Positions 37,533 through 48,979 of a stretch of 64,000 nt of DNA are shown piece by piece. Each line of letters opens with the position of its first letter. Positions within the stretch are counted from its first letter, which is position 1. Source of the DNA: Ginglymostoma cirratum (taxonomy: Eukaryota); contig JAHRHZ010000047.1 in assembly GCA_024137785.1 (NCBI GenBank), positions 2,635,336-2,699,335 of the forward strand, read 5' to 3'. Made by a program: the position numbers and the translations under genes. Below the pieces are notes generated by a model, which did not search any database, was not told the DNA's origin, and saw nothing but the letters and a program-made list of their open reading frames with translations.

Positions 37533-38217
37533 TTTTTTAAAAATTCATTCACAGGATGTGGCTTCCCTGGCTGGACCAACATTTATTGCCCATCCCTAAT
37601 CTGCTTAGAGGGCAGTTAAGAATCAATTACAATGCTGTAGGTCTAGAGTCACATATAAACCAGACCAGGGAAGGACAGCAGTGTTCCTTCTCTAAAGGAC
37701 ATTAGTGAACCAGAACATTTTTCCTGATAATGGGCAACAGTTTCATGGTCATCATTAATAACAAGGGTCTTTCCCTAGGATGGGGGAGTTCAAAACTAGA
37801 AGGCGTAATTTTAAGGAGAGAGCAGAAAGATTTAAAAGGAACCTGCGGGGCAACTTTTTCACACAGAGAGTGGTTTGTATGTGGAATGAACTGCCAGAGG
37901 AAGTGGTAGATGCAGGTACAATTACAACATTTAAAAGATATTTGGACAAGTACACGAATGGGAAAGGTGTAAAGGGATATGGGCTAAACGCAGGAAAATG
38001 GGGCTAGATAAGTTTGAGAAACTTGGTCAGCATGGCCGAAATAGACCGAAGGGTCTGTTTCCATGCTGTATGATTCTATGACTCTTAATTCCAGATTATT
38101 ATTGAATTCAAACTCCAATCATTTATCATGGCAGTATTCAAATGCGGGTCCCCACAAGAAAACCTTGGTCTCTGAATTGATAGGTTAATGATAAAACCAC
38201 TAGTCCAACACCACCCC
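37533..38217 (-). mobile_element. SINE-sized derivative of the tRNA-headed LINE (head, 5' body, 3' tail), interrupted by a CR1 fragment
   Basis: 38083-38217 matches head 23055-23187; 37605-37757 matches 22900-23050; 37533-37600 matches the LINE tail 20215-20280; no ORF sequence between. Confidence 0.8.
37761..38082 (+). mobile_element. CR1 (HER1-like) LINE 3' end
   Basis: ORF 37780..38007 RGNFFTQRVVCMWNELPEEVVDAGTITTFKRYLD; tail gggtctgtttccatgctgtatgattctatga. Confidence 0.88.
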
Positions 38218-38755
38218 TTTGGTGAATATCTTTGTCATGAATGCGGTTCAGCAAAGATAAATGTGAAGTGGTACTTCTAAAAGAAAACAATGAATAGAAA
38301 AATATACTAAACAGCTCAGCGCAGTGGAAGAGGTCTATGGCAGAAAATCACTGTGGTTTTGAAGGAACGAATGATGCCTTTCCAAAGAGACATACTTATA
38401 ATTTTCTTGGGCATTGGGGCAAGATGGTAGGGAGAGTAGCTCAACAGTCAGAATTTAAATGGGAAGGACATCAAGGGGCACACACTGGAAATTAAATCTG
38501 GTGAGGGCCAAGTGGGGTGAAAATAAAGAGTAAAGCAGAAAGCTTGGCTATTGAAGTCTATTCAATCAACTCTTGAATATGAAAAACATTAGAGTGTATT
38601 GGTAAATATGGGTCTGGAATTGAAAGCTAGAATTTGCAGCTTACAGTGAAACTGATATAATAGGCTAAACTGGACCTTTTCTGGGCTTAAACTCCTCACA
38701 TTCCATGGTATAACTGAAATAGGATGTAGAGTGAGTAAGCAACTGAGTCACTTAC

Positions 38756-38806
38756 CAGATCTTCAAGGTGCAAAAACTCCTCAAGATCTTTGGATAGATT
38801 TTCCAT
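38756..38806 (-). CDS. FAM227B: FAM227B first coding exon (MENLSKDLEEFLHLEDL); exon spans 38756-38831 including 25 nt of 5' UTR
   Basis: Acceptor ttttacag| at 38832, ATG at 38806, donor ctg|gtaagt; resembles recalled human MQEPPKSIEEFLKLQNW; phase 0 joins the 31312 exon. Confidence 0.82.
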
Positions 38807-39179
38807 TCTTTGTAAATATTTTCAAAGTGATCTGTAAAATATCATTATTTTGAACAGTTAAAACATCTAGTGCTATAACAATAAGCAAATTTTAAAATCT
38901 TTCACATTAAATTAATTTAAAAATTGAATTAAAACAGTTTTCAGTGTGGTACAGTATGGTAAAAACAAACTTAAACTTATCCTAAATCTATTATATGAAT
39001 TACATTCTTGTCATAACACGGTTAAGGCCCATAAGGAATCACTAACTAATCTCCCTGTGGAGCTCCTTGAGTACGAGCTTCCTTGTTAACAAGCAATGGC
39101 CTGCCCAGTTGGAATGCATCAGCTGAGCCCATTATAAATCAGCTGAGATACAAAAATATATTTTTAAAAACCAGCTGAA

Positions 39180-39680
39180 AGGGCTGTTGTGATGCAGTGG
39201 TAGTGTCTCTACCCCTGAACTGAGGTACGCAGGTTCAAGTTCCACCTGCTCCAGAGGTGTGTAATAACATGTCTTAAACTGGTTGATTAGGAAAATAGGA
39301 TTAAATTTTAAAAATTGGGGCTCTTTGTGACAGTGGCGGTGTCCCTGCCCGAGGCCAGGGAGGCCCAGGTTCAAGTCTCACCTGCTCCAAAGGCGTGTAA
39401 TAGTATGTCTGAACAGGTAATATGAAAAAAAGCAGATCAATAGGCTCTTGTGGCACAGTGGTAGTGTTCCTACTTAAAGCCAGGAGGCCCAGGTTCAAAT
39501 CCCACCTGTTCCAGTGGTGTGTGCTAACATCTCTCAGCACGTTGACAAGGAATATATCTACAAAGCAGATCCAAGGGTTCTTGTGGCACTGTGGTAGAGT
39601 TCCTACCTGGAAACCAGGGTTCAAAACCCATCTGCTTCAGTGGTGTATGATAACATCTCTGAGCAGATGGGTAGAAAATA
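39180..39680 (+). repeat. Tandem array of four tRNA-derived short SINE-like units (about 125-135 bp period)
   Basis: Units start near 39180, 39317, 39442 and 39574, each with an A box (tggcacagtgg-like), a B box (ggttcaagtcc-like) and cacctgctccagaggtgtgtaataacatctctga; single copies near 5705-5780, 36430-36545 and 41430-41525. Confidence 0.85.
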
Positions 39681-40529
39681 ATATAAAGTGGACCCAGTAA
39701 AGTACTGTCTCTATTTCAGTATTCAACAACAAATGATGTTCCTCTCTCATCAGGCTTCCTGAGTTATTAAAACCCCTTACCCACAAGTAATATAGATCTC
39801 TATTTAGTGTGTAATAAATACTTAATAATTATATATAAAAGACAGGTCAAGTATACGTATATGGTTCCAAATATTACAATCTGTGATTAAAAGTCCCAGA
39901 CTACTACTCTACAGAACACATTTAATGGACTAGAAAATGCAAAACTTAAGGTAAAACATTAAAGATTTCCCAATAAATTAAAGCACTCCTCCCTGACACC
40001 CCCTCATCCCAGACCAAAACTGTCAAAATCGATTAGAATAAGCACCAACAGGTTTTATCAATGGCCCTAATCCTTCTGTGATTTACTTGCACCTTTAAGT
40101 CACACATTTTTCTTCTAATTTTCCTTCTGTATTTTTCATTTAAAATAAAGCTTTTTTAAAATTTCAGTAAACCAGTGTTGATGGACTTTTTTGTACTTTG
40201 CGTTGCTTCCTTTTCAGATATATTGTGGGGTACAACAGGCACTAACTTCAGTCTCTTTGTTTCCGAACACCTGACACCTGAAAAATTAATCCTGTGATGT
40301 TATATTTATACATATTCATGTGCAGTCAGGACCTCGGTGTTTCTAAAATGCATATTTGCAAGCAATCTTTCTTTTTTCTAAAATGACAAATTTTTAAAGT
40401 TAAGAAATGTGTCAGGAGATTATAATTTTTTTAAAAAACAATAATGAAACCATTTAAACAAACGCAGCTGCTTATTCTTGGCTACATTTTACCAAAAATA
40501 GCTTAATATCAATAAACCAAAAATGATCA

Positions 40530-41150
40530 AGTCTCGCTTCAATGATGTACAGTTCGACTAGAAATCCCACGCAGCTTACATCCTTTCTTCAACACGTTAT
40601 TGGCAGCAGCAAGTTATAATGTACTGATGTTCTTCAGTGTTTACAATCGAAGACGTTTAGAATTAATGAACCCACAAAGTGAAGAACCAGATTAGAGCTT
40701 ACAGCTGCTCTGTCGCTATGCAGCCCTAACAACGACCACTTCCGGCGAGAAGGGTGCACCACCGGCCCCGTCCGCCTCGGAAATTCCTGAAAATAAAGGT
40801 TCCTACCCAAACGAAGGAAATGGCCTGCGTGGCCGAACGGGAGCAGCGTCTGTTCGCTTTTTCTGGAGCTGCTGTACCAAACTGTGCAGCCAAAAGTCTG
40901 TATTGAGAAAAGAAACAAGGAAAATGATCGTAGTTTGATTTGGAATAAAGTGCAATTGGATTCCAGAACTGGATATAAATTTAGCCTGATAGAGAAAGTC
41001 GACGCTTGGCGCATGTGCTGTGGCAGCAGATCTTTGTTTTTGTTTTAATTTGGTTCCTTTCACTGCAACGAAGATACTGTCAGCGTAGACTACAAAGAAT
41101 AAAACTCTACGAGACATTGTCATGTAAGACTTTTTTTTCAAACTACGTTG
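40530..41150. promoter_or_regulatory. Bidirectional CpG-enriched promoter of FAM227B and DTWD1
   Basis: Local CpG enrichment between divergent genes; ETS/GABP site ACTTCCGG 40738-40745; ZNF143-like ACTAGAAATCCCACGCAGC 40557-40575; NRF1-like GCGCATGTGC 41009-41018; outward-facing donors at 40580 (-) and 41123 (+, cat|gtaaga). Confidence 0.7.
40580..40740 (-). other. FAM227B: Putative non-coding first exon of FAM227B (5' end approximate)
   Basis: Donor aaggat|gtaagc at 40580/40579 at the edge of the CpG-rich promoter; TSS not determinable from sequence. Confidence 0.45.
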
Positions 41151-41984
41151 TAATCTAGGTTAGATTTCACTGCAATTCCTGTTGTCTGAAATAATGCAGT
41201 TCAAGGTGTTGGGAATGTGTGTAAATGTTTAAAATGGATTGCAGTGTATTTTCTAATTTTGAATTATCCATTCTGTCCATTAAATCTTTATATAGCAAGG
41301 ACTAGCGCACACAAACGTTCAGCTTGTTCCTCTTGTGCAGTTAAACAGGCAAAATTCAATCTTCCAGCATTGACTGTTATTTGAACCCTATAAGGTGATG
41401 AGTGAGTGGGAAAATGTAGAACAGTTTCACGATGGTAGTGTCCCTGCCTCTGGGCTAGGAGGTCACAGGTTCAAGCCCCACCTGTTCTGGAGGTGTGTAA
41501 TACCATCTCTGATTAGGAAAGTATCAAGAACAGGATATGTACATTAGTGATTATCTGAAACCTGTAGAATGAGGCCAGTGTGACTCTGGCTAGGGGAATG
41601 TTAGTCAGTTCAGATGTCTTCAGATGTCAAAGGCAGCTGACAGCTAAAGACATGTAACCTTACTTGGATGGGATTATCAACAGTGTGGAGTTGGAGGATT
41701 GCAGCAGACCAGGCAATGTCAGAAATAAATTGTGTTTGTGATGAAGGGGAAATGGAAGAAAAGGTTGAACTTTTGCGTGGAGTAGCGGACCAAAGTTGCA
41801 AACATCTGCTAAGCCTGGGGTGGAGCATGGAGGAGGATTGAATCAGTGGCATGTGTTTGGGGTTAGAAGACAACAGGCCAGATTTTCACAGTTCCAAAGA
41901 CTCCCCTTATGTTTAAAAATGGTGGGTAAGATCTGAATGCAAAGCCTGCCCTAATTTTCAACAGATTGTTGAAATAAAGTTTGA

Positions 41985-42670
41985 AACAATGGTAATGCCT
42001 CTGAACTTTAAAGAGACATTGGATTGTCTCTCGATGGAGATGGTCATTGCCTGGCACTTGGGTGGCTGAATGCCACCTATCAGCTCAAGTCTGAATGTTG
42101 TCCAGCTGAACATGAACACTGACTGCTTCACTATCTGAGAAGTCACAAATGGTGCTGAACATCGTGCAGTCATGAGCAAACATACCTACTTCTGATTTTA
42201 TGATGAGGGCAATTAATAAATTGGTTGATGATGACTGGACCTAGGACATACCCCAAGGAACCTTTGCAGTATAGTCCTGGGACATAGATGAGTGGCCTCT
42301 AACAAACGTGTTGTTAGAGTGATGGAGTGGTAATTGGCCAGGTTGGATTTGTTCAATCTTTATGTACAGGTCATACTTGGACATGGTTCTATGTTGTTTG
42401 TGTTATAGCTGTGCTTGAACAGCTTTACTAGGGCTACAACTAGTTCTAGAGCATAAATCTTCAGTACTATTGCTGAAACGTTGCTAGGGTCATAGCCTTT
42501 GCACTATCCTGTACCTTGTGCCTTTTCTTGATATCATATGGAATGAATAGAAAATGTCTGAAGATTGGATTTGTCATGCTGGTAACCTCAGGAGGAAGCA
42601 AGGGTTGATCGACGCAAAGCATATCTAGCTGAGGACAATTGCAAGCATTTCACCCTTCTCTTTTACATTG
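41985..42670 (-). mobile_element. Heavily decayed fragment of the same LINE family in DTWD1 intron 1
   Basis: ggtcattgcctggcactt, gtaattggccaggttggattt and tcttcagtactattgc match blocks in 20950-21910. Confidence 0.75.
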
Positions 42671-43677
42671 CAAAGAGGCTGGGCATGTATGATACATGCA
42701 GGAAATCAGCCATTTGAAGAGCCTCAATCCTCACCTGTAGAGACACAAATGCTTTTGAAGGGTGGATAGGATCATTTTAAGTGTCATGATCTTCAGTTTT
42801 GTTAATATACCATTCTTTAAGTTCAAAATGAAAAGCTGCAGCTGCCCCAAAAGTACAAAAAAGACTTTCTATCCAACTGTCCAATTGACAGACCATCTAC
42901 TATAGGCTAGAAAAAAAAATACCATCTTTTTGTACAGTTTCAGTGGGTATTCTTGTCCACATTTCCCAAAGTTCTTTTCCAATGATATTATGATTGCTTG
43001 GGTGAGTTTTAAAGGTTTCAGTTATCTCAGCAGGAGGTTCTGAGTTCACAGTTTGGTTGACAATTTAAAGAGACTATTAAAGGATAATCATTCTTTGTCA
43101 GGTCAGAGTAGAAGTTTTTTTTTATAAGGAACGAGCAACTTGAGATTACAAAGATTTAACTGGGTTTCATGAATGGAAGGTTTTTCTTTAGTATAAAATG
43201 TGAGTAAGCAAGGGCTCTATTAGAATATTACAAGGTTTTTTATTAGCACATGACTCCTGATATCTGCCTACGATAGCTTTGGAGATGGTGGTTATGGGGT
43301 AGCTTGGTAACCTGAGTTAGAATAGGGTTAATGAAAGTCAATGAGGTGGAGAGCATGAGGTGATAGAGAGAGCACGTGGGGGTGTCATGGTGGTGGATGA
43401 CTTAGGTTGGCATGGAGTGGCCACGGGGAGGTGAGAGCGGAAGGACTGGAAGACCAAATAGCTGCTAAAACAACTGGAACAAAATTTCAGAGGACTGAGC
43501 AGCTCAACATTTTTCCTACCCTCATAACCACCAAAGATGTGCTTCAAGGATTAGCTGGATAGACTGTTCTCTGCCCAATTTCCTCTGAGTGAAAACAGGA
43601 AATTCTCATTAGATTCCATTAGATCCAAACACAAGATGTGCACCTGAGTAGGGAAAATCCAACTGGCTTTGATCTTG

Positions 43678-43912
43678 GATAACAAGCATGGGGCTGGATG
43701 AACACAGCAGGTCAAGCAGCATCATAGGAGCAGGAAAACTTGACGTTTCGGGCCTAAACCCTTCATCAGAAATTTCATCAGGATTTCTGATGAAGGGTTT
43801 AGGCCCGAAACATCAAGTTTTCCTGCTCCTATGATGCTGCTTGACCTGCTGTGTTCATCCAGCCCCATGCTTGTTATCTCGGATTCTCCAGCATCTGCAG
43901 TACCTTTTATCT
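43678..43912. mobile_element. Penelope pseudo-LTR-only insertion forming a 96-bp inverted repeat in DTWD1 intron 1
   Basis: Arms 43678-43773 and 43783-43878 with 1 mismatch and a 9-nt loop; 15-bp TSD CTGGCTTTGATCTTG at 43663-43677 and 43913-43927. Confidence 0.92.
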
Positions 43913-44376
43913 CTGGCTTTGATCTTGCTTATGTTTCATGGGGAGAGGTTGTGCTTTGTCCAAGACTGGATGTCAAATCACCGTTGTAACAATATGGAAG
44001 CATTAGAGAAGGTGAGGTGATGGTGCCTCACCATATGCTTGTTACCTAACTGGGTGCTTTGAATTTGAATAGGTTATTCAGATATTTATAAAGTGTAAAT
44101 TGATTTCCCTACTTTATCCTTTGATGCTGAAGTATGAATTATTGAGATTAAAGTGTTCCTGACCTCAAACCATGTTGCCGCAATTTAGTTCTGTTTTTAA
44201 GTTCCATAGAATGTGCCAATCTTGGATATTGTCTTTGGATGCTGTATTTTAAAATGAGAAGTGAAATACCCAGGAACGCCTAATTTGAAGATTTGAAATT
44301 AACCAGCATTCAATTCTATGTTTTATTCTTAATTCCAGATAATCAATAATTAATAAATCTGTAACAGTTCCTCAGG

Positions 44377-44643
44377 ATGTCAGTGGGCTTGGAAAAAATT
44401 GAGAGAGTCGAAGACATGGCACGGACTGATGCAAGCTCTGAAAGACTGTGCATTCAATCAAGTGAAGGCGGTGAACAGGATTCGTTTAAAGATTTGAAAC
44501 TAGCTTCCCAGACAATACTAGAAACGCTCCAACAAAATGGTCGATCAAAATGTCCAAAATGCCTGAGTTCAAGGATGTTTTACTGTTACTCGTGTTGTCT
44601 TTTGGTAGATGGTGTGAATTCTGATGAGATACCTCAGGTGAAG
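44377..44643 (+). CDS. DTWD1: DTWD1 (tRNA-uridine aminocarboxypropyltransferase 1) first coding exon, 267 nt
   Basis: Acceptor ttcttaattccag| at 44338, ATG at 44377; encodes GRSKCPKCLSSRMFYCYSC (N-terminal Cys cluster); donor aag|gtttgt. Confidence 0.93.
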
Positions 44644-45585
44644 GTTTGTACCTAAAGTTTGGTCATCAGTTAAGTTCTATAATAGAGATTGCTGTACAAT
44701 TTCTAATGTCCAGACCCTTGAGCATTTTCTTTCAGTTAACCACACAAGCTTGATTTCACCTGGATGTAAAATGCTAATTTTTTTTAATGTGGTTCCGATA
44801 TAATAAATAAAAGGAAATGTAAACCAATTCCACACCCTTTAACACTGGTTAATTTGTATACTGGCACTCGGAAGATTGGAGAAGTTACATTAAAATGGCA
44901 TTGATTAATCTATTCCATTCTAATAGAAACCTAGCCATAAAGTTCATGAAGTGTTCATGCTATCATTCTTAGTTTTATCTATTTCTCATAATTCATAAAT
45001 ATGTGTGTACAGACGAATCTTTTACTTTTATGTCATGAGCTGTCACTTGGTTGGAAAATCTGATTTCTAACATTGGAAAAGCGAAACATCTGTGGTTGAT
45101 CGTGAATTTGAGTACATTGTTTTATTCCAGCATTTTCCTGAAAACATTGCCTTATTGGTCACTGTGAGTCACAGCTTAAGTTCTTCCTGTCCATTTATGA
45201 TGCCCACACGCACGGAATTTCTGTTAGATATCATTCACTCATCAATCAGTGGTCATTAAGAGCTAGTTTAGTATAAATAACTTTAGTCTTACATTGGACA
45301 GTCGATTCTTAATGCCCTTTGCAGTGGCTTTGCAAGTTTCCCAGTTTTAAATCATTACTTTGTCAGAGCAACTGGGGTGCAGACTTATCTACATCCAAGG
45401 AGCATATTTTAAAAATAGTGATCTTCATATATGCAAATTGGCTACTGCATTACTTTGCAAAAAACATTGAAACGATACTTTCGGACATCTGACAAAGGCT
45501 ATAAAAATAAAAAATTATTGTTTCTTATTAATTATATCATCTAATTTCTACTTTACTATAAAGTAACAATATTATTCATTTTCAG

Positions 45586-45729
45586 CTCCCTTTGAAGATT
45601 GACATTATCAAACATCCCAATGAAACTGATGGCAAAAGTACTGCTGTACATGCAAAGCTGTTGGCTCGAGATGATGTTAATATTTACACATATCCTTGCA
45701 TTCCAGATAATGAGGAGGAAAAGCATGAA
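45586..45729 (+). CDS. DTWD1: DTWD1 coding exon 2, 144 nt ([27 protein letters not shown]...EEEKHE)
   Basis: Acceptor ttttcag|, donor gaa|gtaagt; highly conserved DTWD1 peptide. Confidence 0.95.
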
Positions 45730-46056
45730 GTAAGTTATCAAAAAACACTTTCCTTATCTAAGACCACATAATGCCTTTAGTTGTTTAGCTTAATGCCACA
45801 TACCATTTACTTGGGTGGCTTATTTTGAATTTCTATATAAATAGTCATACTGTAATGAGATAGAAAAATGTATTGAGTCCATTCAAGGAAAGGTAACATA
45901 GTCTGGGCTCAAAATGCATGTGGGAAGTTGTGTGATTAAAGTATAAAGAGAACTGAAGGTTTTCTTTAAAGAATTATTTGGTTATTTCATTTTGTGTTGC
46001 GTGTGATCTTGGTGTGTCACTTTAATCTGTCATTATTTGATGCTTCCCTGTTTTAG

Positions 46057-46366
46057 GTTGTAGTGGTGTTCCCCGGTCCAAAGTCAGTTTCCTTTGAAGA
46101 TCTTCCCAAGCATTTGTCTAAGCTTGCTAATGAGAAATCCTCTCTTTTGAAACATTCCTGTAAGAATGTTCACAGCCGCGATGAGGGCATTACATTGGAA
46201 GAACCAGAGCGTAAACGTGCAAAACATGACCATAAAGACCAAGGCAGTTCAGAGGAGCGGGATTTTGGACAGGCAAAGACAAAAATATCTCCATTAAAAA
46301 GAGTGATATTTATTGACAGTACCTGGAATCAAACAAACAAAATAATTACTGATGAACGTCTTCAAG
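46057..46366 (+). CDS. DTWD1: DTWD1 coding exon 3, 310 nt, with FPGP and the DXTW motif (IFIDSTWNQT)
   Basis: Acceptor ttttag|, donor caag|gtacct; overlaps ORF 46063..46377. Confidence 0.95.
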
Positions 46367-47276
46367 GTACCTTGTAACTGAGTATATTGGTGAGCTTGCT
46401 TGGTAGTCTAAATCTGTTTCTTGTCTTGCATAGGTACAGAATCACCAAACGTTCTGATTCAGTAAAACCAGATAGTCAGTTCAGTAGCATTTACAGTTGT
46501 TTTGGTGCATCCTCAGATAAATTGTACTTAATTTATTTAATCATTGTCTCGCAAACACTTTAGCCTTTATTGACCATTACTTTATTTCTGCTCCCACCGG
46601 CCCACTCTCTATGTATTCTGAACTGTATTCCACTTACTTTTGTGCTCTGTGTATTCTGTATATTTTGAGATTTTTATAAAGAAGTTAATTTTGTGCTTTT
46701 GGAATTCCAATCTCAAAATTGAGCTACTACATAAACAGAAAGGAAATTTGGATGGTCTCTACAGGGGGCTGGAACAGCAAATTCAAACTCAACAACTTGA
46801 ATTTGTAAAACATGATAACGTGAAAAAAAGCCTTAGACACTTCAAGTAGGTGCAATGAAAGTGGATGTGGAACACAGTGCACCATCATCTTTTGAGAATT
46901 AGTTTGTGGCTTTGGTAAATATTTGCTTGCCTTGAAATCATTGCTAACCTGACTGATGGAGGTTCCCCCTGCCCCCTTAAATTGCACAAAGAGCAGGAAA
47001 ATCAAAGTGAGATTGAGATTAAAGCATTATTTTGAAAATGGCTGTCATACCTTCCAAATTGATGTCATGATCATCCAGTTGCTTTCTTATTTTGTTCTAT
47101 GACCTTATTCATGTTTATAAAGGCTTGGGGTTAATAGAAAATTACATACAATGTACATTAGGAAAACCAGCAGTTAAGTCCATGCAAGTGTTTATGTTCC
47201 ACTTCTCATCCTTCCTCATTTAACTTCGTCAGGATTAGTGTATAATAGTTTTTGCTTCATAAGGTTGTCTAGCTTG

Positions 47277-47585
47277 TCATAATCATAGAATCCCTACAGT
47301 GTGGAAACAGGCCCGTTGGCTCAACAAGTCCACGATGACCCACAGAACATCCCATCCAGACCCATCCCCCTATAACCCATCTAATCTACACATCCCTGAA
47401 CACTATGGGCAACTTAGCATGGCCAATCCACCTAACCTGCACATCTTTGGACTGTGGGAGGAAACCCACTCAGATACGGAGAGAACGTGCAAACTCCACA
47501 CAGACGGTTGCCCGAGGATGGAATCGAACCCGGGTCCTTGGCGCTGTGAGGCAGCAGTGCTAACCACTGGGCCACTGTGCTGCCC
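47277..47585 (-). mobile_element. HE1-like V-SINE in the last DTWD1 intron
   Basis: Minus strand gggcagcacagtggcccagtggttagcactgctgcctcacagcgccaaggacccgggttcgattcc, V-domain, tail ccacactgtagggattctatga. Confidence 0.9.
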
Positions 47586-48215
47586 TTTTAAAGGCAATAT
47601 ATAGTGTTCGGCTCAAGTACTCCCTCTGCCAGCAAAGTTCAATTCTCGCTATTCCAGGCATTTTATTGTTGATGGCCTACTTAATTTTTATTTTGGTGTC
47701 ATCTTACATTGTGGCCAGTAGATTTGCTTTTCCCCACTTTTAGAAATATTCTACTCAATCAAAACTGTTCATAGTTTTAAAGGTCTCTTTTAGGTTACCT
47801 CTCAAGAAAAGTGGCCCAGCTATAACATTAAACAAAATGAAAATTAATCCAAAGTCAAGCAAAATTGACTAAAGTTTTCTCGCTATTGATCTTTATTCAG
47901 CAATCACAGTTAAAAGCGAGTGTTACTTCTGAGTGAGGATATAAAGAGTTTCAACTTCTATGTCTGATACCAAACTAATTTTTCCTGCTCTAGTTCAAAA
48001 TAGCAAATCCTGGTAATAGAGCTGGCATCTTCAGAACATGAAGGAAAGAGGAATATTTTATGACGTTAACTTAATTGGAAACATGTTTCCATGTAATGAA
48101 CAATTACATTAGAAGGATATGATTTAAATTGTAATGTATTGTTAGTTAAAAATACATATTTGTATTGACTGTTCTCAAAAAGCTTAAATTTTTCCCTGCA
48201 CCCTTCTCTTTGTAG

Positions 48216-48448
48216 AATTACTTCATGTTGAACTAAGAACACGGAAGACATGCTTTTGGCGTTGCCAGAAAGGAAAGCCGGACACATATCTCGCTACAAT
48301 TGAGGCTATTTATTATTTTTTAGTTGATTATCATCAATTGCTTTTGAAAGAAAACTACAATGGGGAATATGACAATTTATTGTTTTTCTATTCATTCATG
48401 TACAGATTAATCAACAGAGCTAAATTTGCAGCTGGAAAATTGAACTGA
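48216..48448 (+). CDS. DTWD1: DTWD1 last coding exon, 233 nt ([30 protein letters not shown]...[10 protein letters not shown]...GKLN*)
   Basis: Acceptor ctctttgtag|; phase 1 matches; TGA at 48446-48448; joined CDS is 954 nt, 317 aa, with no internal stop. Confidence 0.95.
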
Positions 48449-48506
48449 AGTGAAAAGTAATTGATAATACTTCTGCAGTTTGACACTATAATTAGTAGAC
48501 TAGTAC

Positions 48507-48522
48507 AATAAATAAGATTAAA
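48507..48522 (+). terminator. Candidate DTWD1 polyadenylation signals AATAAA (48507-48512) and ATTAAA (48517-48522)
   Basis: Canonical hexamers about 60 nt after the stop, followed by T/GT-rich sequence; AT-rich context lowers specificity. Confidence 0.45.
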
Positions 48523-48979
48523 GTAAATTCTGGCTTTTAATATCAAAGCACCAATGATTTAAACTTGTGTAGTTTGTTAAATATTTGTTGGTCTCTGATC
48601 CTTGCTTATTTCAGTACAAGATGTGTAAAAAAAATTAAATGAAAAAATAATTTTGTCAGTTAAGATTTGCTTTAAAGTAAACTATTGTGTATGTTTTTTC
48701 AATTAAATATCTTCTTCCCTAAAGCAGAAAGTAACATTGAACGTAGATGACATCACTCGTGTTCTTTTTGTTTTTGTTTTCTTCAAAATTGGAAACACCT
48801 TTTTTGCAGTATCTTGGTTTTTTTAAGATTAGCTAGCAGCATTTGGCTTTCTATTGTTGACACAGGTTTAGAGATCAAAATTTGGTGTATATTCAGTTTG
48901 AAAAGCATTGATTCCGAACTATTGAGAAATATGGAAGACATTTTAACATCTTTGTAGATTTAAAACTGCTGTTAAGTAC

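Noticed and set aside
39180-39680. Possible tRNA gene cluster beside a tRNA-modifying gene (DTWD1)
   Set aside because: Units are mutually diverged, show no clean acceptor stems or T-run terminators, and carry a shared non-tRNA tail found dispersed elsewhere, so they are SINE-like.
40634-41141. Two overlapping minus-strand ORFs (126 and 112 aa) at the promoter
   Set aside because: No recognisable domain; likely by-products of the GC-richer promoter and UTR sequence.
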